Under the pieces are notes generated by a model. It saw only the letters and a list, made by a program, of their open reading frames with translations. It made no database searches and was not told the origin of the DNA. A stretch of 32,000 nt of DNA from Trichodesmium erythraeum IMS101 (GTDB lineage: Bacteria > Cyanobacteriota > Cyanobacteriia > Cyanobacteriales > Microcoleaceae). Both the position numbers and the translations under genes were made by a program. The DNA lies in the NCBI RefSeq assembly GCF_000014265.1, contig NC_008312.1, forward strand, positions 3,060,001 through 3,092,000. Reading direction: 5' to 3'. Position 1 is the first letter of the stretch. Every line of letters begins with the position of its first letter. This document shows positions 26,208 through 32,000 of this stretch, one piece after another.

Positions 26208-26358
26208 TTTCAAATATTAATCCTACCACTAAAGCATCAAACTATTATTAGTAAAGCCAGCCCCAAAATATTTTTTATTGTAACGGACTATTCCTATGGC
26301 AAGGAAGATTACTACCCAGGAAAATAGGGTGAATGCTATTTCTAATAAGATTTGAAGG

Positions 26359-26427
26359 TAGGTTATCATTATGTTTATTGATTTTCTGATGTGAAGATAG
26401 GTTATCATTATGTTTATTGATTTTCTG
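26359..26427. repeat. 30-bp direct repeat (39-bp period) spanning the stop codon of paralog 1
   Basis: TAGGTTATCATTATGTTTATTGATTTTCTG occurs at 26359-26388 and again at 26398-27427-equivalent position 26398-26427. The second copy contains the TAA stop (26414-26416). Confidence 0.9.
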
Positions 26428-29044
26428 GGGAATTTTTATATTTGTTGGGGTTATTTGCCAATTCATTTTTTACCTGTTCCAGCAAAATATTAAACGTATT
26501 TTGAATTGTCCTATCTAAAGGTTTTTTAGGCTCATTAATTATCCCATCAGGTTCTCCTTGAATCTTGTTTTTTTGTTGGTATTTATAAATAGCAATAACT
26601 AAGGCGTTTTTACCCTCAGGTATCGCTTCTCGTGCCTTTTTATATTCAAAATTCTTCACATTACCAATAGTCTCGCGAATAGCTTGGTGAATCGCTTCTT
26701 GATCAAGTCCTAAATATCTCAACTCTGATATAATTCGACTGATTGCTTCGTAAGTTATCTCGTTAAACTTGTCCTTACTAGTAGCAATCTTTTTTTGATC
26801 TTCTGTCATTTCTGGTAAACAATTCTCTGGCCAATCTTGCCATTTCCAACTTAGAGATTCAGCTACGTTACACTTCAATAAATTAGCTGTATTATCATCA
26901 GGATTTATATATCCATTAGGCGGATTTTTTAGCTTTTCCTGTTTGTTCTGTTGGTATGAATAGATGGCTTTTACCCATTTTTTGCGAGCCTCTTTTCTTT
27001 TTTGCTTCCCTACTATCAAAAAATATAGTTTAGTAGTTGCTTGCTCATAATTAAGTGCTGAATCATTAGCAAGAATCTTCTGAATTTCTTGGACAAACTT
27101 TTGTTTTTCTAATTCCTCTTGCTTTGCCACTTCTAAAGAAGCTAGATCGGATGTGATTTTATCAATTGCTCTGATACTCTGAGGGAAATTGTCAAGTGCT
27201 ATATTCATCTCTTTTTCTAATATATTCCTTGGAATAGAAGGACTTGGACTTGGACTTGGACTTGGACTTAGACTTAGATTTGGACTTGGACTTATATTTG
27301 GACTTGGACTTGGACTTGGTGTCGTATTCTTGATTTTGTTAATAGCATCTTCTTGTCCCTTTAAATAACCCTGACTATATGCTATTCGTAGCTGTTGTTC
27401 CCCTGGTTTTTGTGCTTGAGGTGTTTGATTTTGTCCTTTACCTATCAAATATCCGATTGTCAAAAAAACAATTGCTATAGTCAAACGCAAAGAATTTTTG
27501 ATCAAGCAACGAATCAGATGTTCTTCCCAAGAAATTTCTCTCTTTAGTGTCAAACCCCAAAGATCTGATTTGTCTTCGTTGTTTTTAAGAGCTTTCAGAA
27601 ATAAATTTTTCGGCACCACCCCCTTACTGACTTGGTAAAAATAGGAAGCTAACTCATAGTCACGCAACCTCTCAAACAAATCCGCAAAAGGTTGATAATA
27701 GCTACCACGATAGTTGGGTTTCCGCAGCTCACTTTGCAATTTTTTCCAAATCGAATCTCCACAAGCAAACGAAGGTTCCGACGGGCTATCATCAGATTTC
27801 AAATTGTGATCAATAGTTTCTAAATCATTTCTGACATTTTTCACGAGCGAGGGGCGATACGACGACCAAAGGCTTTTTTGTGCAGTTAACAACCAACTGA
27901 ATGCTGGAATTGATATCTTCTTCTTCAATATTTGCTCCAGGATACTTTTCATGCTTTCATCAATTAACGGCTTTAGTTGTAAAATATATCTTTGAAGTTT
28001 TCCTTGAAACGCAAGAGAAACTTTTTGCTTATTATCCTCTTTTCTCTTATTTTTGCCATCAATACCAAACCATTCGAGATACTCAGGTAAAGTCTCTGGA
28101 AGAATTATTGCCCTTAAAGTTAAAAGTCGCACCATTTGAGCACTAGAATTTCTCTGCTTAATCCCAGTATGGGCACCCCGATCATCAAAGATTATTTTCC
28201 AATGCTCTGAAGTTACTTGATCGTCCTGTAAAAGAGCTTGAATCCATTCCTGCTTAATTTGCGAACCGCTGCTCAAAGCTTTTATTGCTGTTTCAATGGC
28301 CGCTCCATCAACATGTGATGGAAGGGTGGCTTTGGGATTATTAATTGAAGCATTCCCTATTTTCCTTAGACCTTGATACGCTTTTTCATCAGCCGCTTGA
28401 ATAACTAGAAATCTTTCTGCATCTTCCACCGCCTCCACATCGTATGCCCAAGATACAGGTTGACCATTAGCTATCTTCTCAGCCATTGCATTAATTGTCT
28501 GTAGATCAGACACTTTTCCTGGTTGAAGAATCAAAGGTAGTTGATGGTTACCTGCCAAAGCATTTAGCTCTGAAGGTAAGGTTACTAGGGGCTTATTAGA
28601 AATATTGTGATGGTTCGGCTTGCCAATTTCTTTAATTTCCAATGGATTGAAAATTGGTGGTTGTCCGTATTGTTGCCAATAACTATTGATCTCATCTAAT
28701 ATTACCCAGAGTCGATCTACTCCCTGACATAAAAAATATCGATAAAAAGAATTAAAACGCCCGTATTCATCTCCTCCTGGAGTGACTACCGCTACCACTG
28801 ACCAACCGGGAGCTCCATTGTTGCCCCTAACCTCTCGTCCTACAAAAGTAGGTTTTTGACTATGACGATCCTTGGATACCTCAAACATTTTGTTAGCGAT
28901 CGCTCGTTCAACAACTAAGGGAATTTGCGGCAAGGTTAAGTTCATATATTCTCCTACCTTATACCCCCGCGATCTCCAACTGCCATCGGGCAATTTTTCT
29001 ACATTTATACCAGTGCTGAATTCGTGTATATTATAAGTATGCAT
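26414..29044 (-). CDS. bitopic membrane protein, paralog 1 (cluster gene 4); same N-terminal region, one TM, Ser-Pro linker, two divergent peptidoglycan-binding-like modules; function unknown
   Basis: 876-aa ORF whose ATG lies 5 nt after the stop of GTPase 3. TM helix LRLTIAIVFLTIGYLIG lies at ~27443-27493, followed by the linker SPSPSPNISPSPNLSLSPSPSPSPSPS. The modules contain AIYSYQQNK...NGYINPDDNT and AIYKYQQKNKIQGEPDGIINEPKKPLDRT. Confidence 0.9.
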   Translation of the reverse strand: MHTYNIHEFSTGINVEKLPDGSWRSRGYKVGEYMNLTLPQIPLVVERAIANKMFEVSKDRHSQKPTFVGREVRGNNGAPGWSVVAVVTPGGDEYGRFNSFYRYFLCQGVDRLWVILDEINSYWQQYGQPPIFNPLEIKEIGKPNHHNISNKPLVTLPSELNALAGNHQLPLILQPGKVSDLQTINAMAEKIANGQPVSWAYDVEAVEDAERFLVIQAADEKAYQGLRKIGNASINNPKATLPSHVDGAAIETAIKALSSGSQIKQEWIQALLQDDQVTSEHWKIIFDDRGAHTGIKQRNSSAQMVRLLTLRAIILPETLPEYLEWFGIDGKNKRKEDNKQKVSLAFQGKLQRYILQLKPLIDESMKSILEQILKKKISIPAFSWLLTAQKSLWSSYRPSLVKNVRNDLETIDHNLKSDDSPSEPSFACGDSIWKKLQSELRKPNYRGSYYQPFADLFERLRDYELASYFYQVSKGVVPKNLFLKALKNNEDKSDLWGLTLKREISWEEHLIRCLIKNSLRLTIAIVFLTIGYLIGKGQNQTPQAQKPGEQQLRIAYSQGYLKGQEDAINKIKNTTPSPSPSPNISPSPNLSLSPSPSPSPSPSIPRNILEKEMNIALDNFPQSIRAIDKITSDLASLEVAKQEELEKQKFVQEIQKILANDSALNYEQATTKLYFLIVGKQKRKEARKKWVKAIYSYQQNKQEKLKNPPNGYINPDDNTANLLKCNVAESLSWKWQDWPENCLPEMTEDQKKIATSKDKFNEITYEAISRIISELRYLGLDQEAIHQAIRETIGNVKNFEYKKAREAIPEGKNALVIAIYKYQQKNKIQGEPDGIINEPKKPLDRTIQNTFNILLEQVKNELANNPNKYKNSPENQ
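27238..27320 (-). repeat. GGACTT hexanucleotide microsatellite-like tract encoding the (Ser-Pro)n linker of paralog 1
   Basis: Runs of GGACTTGGACTTGGACTT are interrupted by TTAGAC and TTATAT variants. Confidence 0.9.
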
Positions 29045-29049
29045 TTGCT

Positions 29050-29946
29050 TTAATCCTTATCTAATTCTTGATTGCGTTTGCCAGTACAAAGCCAATAAAT
29101 AGGCGAAACTAAACCAAAAGGCCGCCACATTTTAGGTTTTTCTAAAACCGATGAAACCCCACCCCGATCACGCTCTATTTGTATGGAATTAGGTCTGGGA
29201 AATCTATTTCCTAAAACTCCAAAAGCTGAAACGGCAAAATAGTCTATATTACCAGAACCCCCTCGTTCCCAAAACTCCAGCTTTCTGCAAGTTTCTCGGA
29301 AGCGAGCTTGAGCCACATATTTTGGTTTCTGTCGATTTATCCACAAATCGGCCAATTCGCACTTACTCAAAACCAGAGCAATTCTCCGCTTTTGAATTTG
29401 TGCCTCAGAGCGATCCAACTCTACCAAAAGCTTCTCGATCGCTCTAGCATATTCCCCATCTTTCTGATGGGCCGTTCCATCAATCAATAACAAAATTCCC
29501 GATGCCAACAAACAGTCTTCTAAATAGTCCTTAAATAAAGGCAAATCAGTTTGATTCAGCAACTCGCTGAAAAATTCTCCCGAATAATCCTTGCAACTTA
29601 TATCTAAGTTAACCAAAGACTTCTTTCTATCCAATACCAACTCTTTTTTTAGAGTTATCCTCAAGCTATAATTCTTCAGAGTATAAACATTATCAAGCAA
29701 CGGAGTTTGTTTCATGGGTTCCCCTTGTTCCAAAATATCCCGAGCTTTTTTGATTAACTCTTCTCCATCTTTATTTGAAGCAGTTACCGCCTCAACCAAA
29801 CGGGTATTTTGAGAATTTGGCCACCTAGCCAAAGCGGCCATATAAGTAGTCTTACCAGCAGAGCGATCGCCTATCAGCCGCAGGACACCAGATAAATTTT
29901 GCTCTTGAGATTCTTCACCTTTATCTTTAAATAGAGATTTAAACAC
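29050..29946 (-). CDS. small P-loop GTPase-like protein 3 (cluster gene 3)
   Basis: G1/Walker A GDRSAGKT (29848-29871), G3-like DYSGE (DYSG at 29578-29589) and a G4-position SKCE (29356-29367). The GTG start overlaps the stop of gene 2 by 8 nt, with AGAGGA ~9 nt upstream. The C-terminal WRPFGLVSPIYWLCTGKR motif is shared with GTPase 2. Confidence 0.85.
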   Translation of the reverse strand: MFKSLFKDKGEESQEQNLSGVLRLIGDRSAGKTTYMAALARWPNSQNTRLVEAVTASNKDGEELIKKARDILEQGEPMKQTPLLDNVYTLKNYSLRITLKKELVLDRKKSLVNLDISCKDYSGEFFSELLNQTDLPLFKDYLEDCLLASGILLLIDGTAHQKDGEYARAIEKLLVELDRSEAQIQKRRIALVLSKCELADLWINRQKPKYVAQARFRETCRKLEFWERGGSGNIDYFAVSAFGVLGNRFPRPNSIQIERDRGGVSSVLEKPKMWRPFGLVSPIYWLCTGKRNQELDKD

Positions 29947-30757
29947 CAGATCGCATCCTCTTACCCGTACTTAACCAATATAAGGGCGAAATCAGCCCGT
30001 AGGGTCGCCACTGATGCGGCGATCGTAAAACAGAACGCAGACTCCCCTCCTCATCAGCACGATTCGGACGAGGATTGTTCCTTTCCAGAACCCCAAAAGT
30101 AGATATGGCATAAAATTGTAAATTATTCTTAGGAATCCTCTGGCGCAAAATTTTTCTAGTGCGGGGCAAATGTACTTCAAATAAGTCCAATTCCGGGTCC
30201 AGACGACCAGGCCAAATTTCTCCCCTTTCGCATTTACTCATTGCCACTGCCAGTCGCAAATTTTTTAGGCGATCGCGCCTGTCCATTAAATCCATAAATC
30301 TCCCTATCATCCTCCTGTAAAATTGGTCGTTGCCCAACTCCCATTTATGGAGGAGCAATAAACAGCCAACAATATCTGGAATTAAACATTCATTGAGAAA
30401 TTCTTGATGTATTTCATTAGAAATTCCCGAGGCCAAATCGTCAAAAATTTCCCCTGGATAATCTCGAACCACTAAATTGATTTCCTCTGGTTTGCGCCAC
30501 CTCCTCTTTTTTTCTATTTGAAAAGAATACAACGGTAAATCGTAAACAGTTTTAATTTTGAACCCATCTATCTCTGTCCTCCTTAAAGAATCTCCACTAA
30601 GAATAATATCTTCAGCTTGATTTACTAAATTTTGTGCCTCTTTTGTGATAGGAGTAACTTCAAAATTTTGGTTATGAGTATCCGGCCAATATGCCAGTCC
30701 TGCCAGATAAGTTGTTTTGCCAGAACTCCTCGGTCCGATAATACAAATATTTCCCAT
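29939..30757 (-). CDS. small P-loop GTPase-like protein 2 (cluster gene 2)
   Basis: GGAGGAGGA Shine-Dalgarno just upstream of the ATG. G1 GPRSSGKT (30713-30736), G3-like DYPGE (DYPG at 30452-30463) and a G4-position SKCE (30227-30238). It is a clear paralog of GTPase 3 along its whole length. Confidence 0.85.
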   Translation of the reverse strand: MGNICIIGPRSSGKTTYLAGLAYWPDTHNQNFEVTPITKEAQNLVNQAEDIILSGDSLRRTEIDGFKIKTVYDLPLYSFQIEKKRRWRKPEEINLVVRDYPGEIFDDLASGISNEIHQEFLNECLIPDIVGCLLLLHKWELGNDQFYRRMIGRFMDLMDRRDRLKNLRLAVAMSKCERGEIWPGRLDPELDLFEVHLPRTRKILRQRIPKNNLQFYAISTFGVLERNNPRPNRADEEGSLRSVLRSPHQWRPYGLISPLYWLSTGKRMRSGV

Positions 30758-30770
30758 ATTTCCTCCTCCA

Positions 30771-31517
30771 TTAATTAGCTAAATAACTAGCTAAATAGAT
30801 CCAGGGCAACTCCAGCAAACTACGATCATAGATACTGGTAATAAAACAGCGAACTGATAACCCAGGCCGACTCCTATTTATTTGTGCTATTTGGGATTTT
30901 ACCAATCGAAAATAACTATTAACTACATAATTATGACGCTGAAGCCAATTCATCGAAGAACCATCTGGTCGATAAGCCAACCTTTCCGACTCCTCAGAGA
31001 GATTGCAATTTATTAGATCCGCCTTGTTCAGACAAATAACAATATGCTTGGCCTTAGGACAATCATCACAAAAAAATCTAGCCCAACTCTCAAAGCCATT
31101 ACACCACTGCTTTTGAGTCACAAAATTTGTCACCTCCAGATTAGGCAACAATATTTCCCGATAAGGTGGCAAAATCAGCAAAACCCCCTCGCTTTGCCGG
31201 ACAATTTCTTGAAAAGATTCCCATTCCTGGGGGTGTTCCCACTGCCAAGACCTACGAAAGATTTCCCCTGGAGAGTCGATCCAATCTACGGGAACTTCGT
31301 TTAAACCACTAGGCAACCGTACTTGGAGGTTTAGGGGACGATATTGGATGTTTTGAGTTTGTTTGGCCGTTCCATCGCTATTCAGGAGATTGGCCTTAAG
31401 GTTTTGATAAGTTTGGCCCACCATAGAAACCTGGACGTATTGCCCCTGGGGATTAACTAATTCTAGGGCTAAATGAGTTTTGCCTACCGCGCGATCGCCT
31501 ATATAGACGACTCCCAC
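30771..31517 (-). CDS. small P-loop GTPase 1 with canonical NKxD (cluster gene 1)
   Basis: GTG start. G1 GDRAVGKT (31476-31499), G3 DSPGE (DSPG at 31266-31277) and a canonical G4 NKAD (31017-31028). It is shorter than GTPases 2 and 3 and has a different C-terminus. Confidence 0.85.
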   Translation of the reverse strand: MGVVYIGDRAVGKTHLALELVNPQGQYVQVSMVGQTYQNLKANLLNSDGTAKQTQNIQYRPLNLQVRLPSGLNEVPVDWIDSPGEIFRRSWQWEHPQEWESFQEIVRQSEGVLLILPPYREILLPNLEVTNFVTQKQWCNGFESWARFFCDDCPKAKHIVICLNKADLINCNLSEESERLAYRPDGSSMNWLQRHNYVVNSYFRLVKSQIAQINRSRPGLSVRCFITSIYDRSLLELPWIYLASYLAN

Positions 31518-31522
31518 CTTGA

Positions 31523-31530
31523 TCCTCCCT
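31523..31530 (-). promoter_or_regulatory. Shine-Dalgarno sequence of the first gene of the cluster
   Basis: AGGGAGGA (reverse complement of 31523-31530) lies 5 nt upstream of the GTG at 31517. Confidence 0.7.
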
Positions 31531-32000
31531 GCTTTTAATTTAAAATTTTCATATTATATCAAATTGAACAAAGAAGCGAGGGGGCTCTCAACAGGAGTTA
31601 GGAGGCACGAAGAGTTCATTTCTACATTGAACATTTACCCAAGTACGTTCGTGATGCCTTCCATCTCAATGGAAAGGAACTCCATGAGGATGTCAAAAAG
31701 CATATTCAAGAATCTTCAGAAAAACGCAACTACGATCGCCAGGCAAAAATTGCAGCATCTCATCATTCCCCAGAATACTAAGCTTTTAGAGTTCATAAGA
31801 TTTCCAAAACTCAAAACTTTAACGCGCTCAGTAATTTGAGGAATTTATTTAACATTTGCTGTTAATAGTCATTAGTGTTACCTAAGTTGATAAAGTTGAT
31901 ATCAGCCTATATTAGTAATAATAGGTTTCCATATCTGCCTTTAAAAAAAAATCTTAATAATCAGAAAATTTTAGAGTAATATTGTTAATTAATTAAGCAT

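Noticed and set aside
26275-26466. 63-aa ORF with the duplicated peptide QKINKHNDNL between the two paralogs
   Set aside because: The internal duplication is just the 30-bp direct repeat read in another frame. The ORF overlaps the end of paralog 1 and has no ribosome-binding site.
21011-31304. Small ORFs of 60-86 aa inside or antisense to cluster genes (21011..21193, 21494..21691, 22033..22218, 22802..22984, 23385..23576, 23812..24163, 27901..28146, 29308..29490, 29992..30180, 31044..31304) and 1370..1579 in the FAAL
   Set aside because: All are nested within longer ORFs that carry clear motifs. None has a recognisable domain or ribosome-binding site.
10203-31517. The idea that the CHAT exoprotein is the dedicated effector of the GTPase/vWA cluster
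   Set aside because: The only support is same-strand adjacency across an 843-bp ORF-free gap. The CHAT protein carries its own export domain. Linkage would need conservation of the neighbourhood in other genomes, so I keep it as an untested possibility rather than a claim.
31519-31839. 106-aa + strand ORF divergent from the cluster
   Set aside because: It has a TTG start lying on top of the Shine-Dalgarno of GTPase 1 on the opposite strand, a basic low-information sequence, and no motif. The region is more likely the promoter or 5' leader of the cluster. I cannot fully exclude a small regulator.
1-32000. Mobile element, prophage or genomic-island boundaries
   Set aside because: I recognised no transposase, integrase, recombinase, tRNA attachment site or terminal inverted repeats. 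HIP1 density looks host-like throughout.

Overview
AT-rich cyanobacterial chromosomal DNA. The HIP1 octamer GCGATCGC occurs nine times (starts 176, 3215, 19089, 23469, 26003, 28896, 29863, 30269, 31491), and genes are separated by unusually long ORF-free AT-rich spacers. The genus cannot be assigned from the sequence; an Oscillatoriales/Trichodesmium-like genome is only a guess. (1) Left edge, + strand: a fatty acyl-AMP ligase plus an ACP-fused alpha-oxoamine synthase, a lipid-derived amino-ketone cassette that may continue beyond the window. Everything else is on the - strand. (2) A 1594-aa secreted-type protein with N-terminal RTX calcium-binding nonapeptides and nine pre-peptidase-C-terminal (PPC)-like modules. 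(3) A 3299-aa two-partner-secretion (TpsA, filamentous-haemagglutinin-type) exoprotein with nested repeat families, an internal proprotein-convertase P-domain and a C-terminal CHAT caspase-like protease. No TpsB transporter is in the window. (4) A tightly packed seven-gene cluster (31517 down to 20946): three stand-alone small P-loop GTPases; two tandemly duplicated ~880-aa bitopic membrane proteins with a conserved unknown cytoplasmic region and divergent peptidoglycan-binding-like exterior; a six-TM protein with a degenerate FHA-like domain; and an exported, membrane-anchored vWA/MIDAS protein. This cluster is my best candidate for an undescribed system, possibly a GTP-switched, envelope-spanning sensing or conflict apparatus. 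All functional calls come from motif reading by eye; no searches were run. No rRNA, tRNA, CRISPR array, transposase or integrase was recognised.
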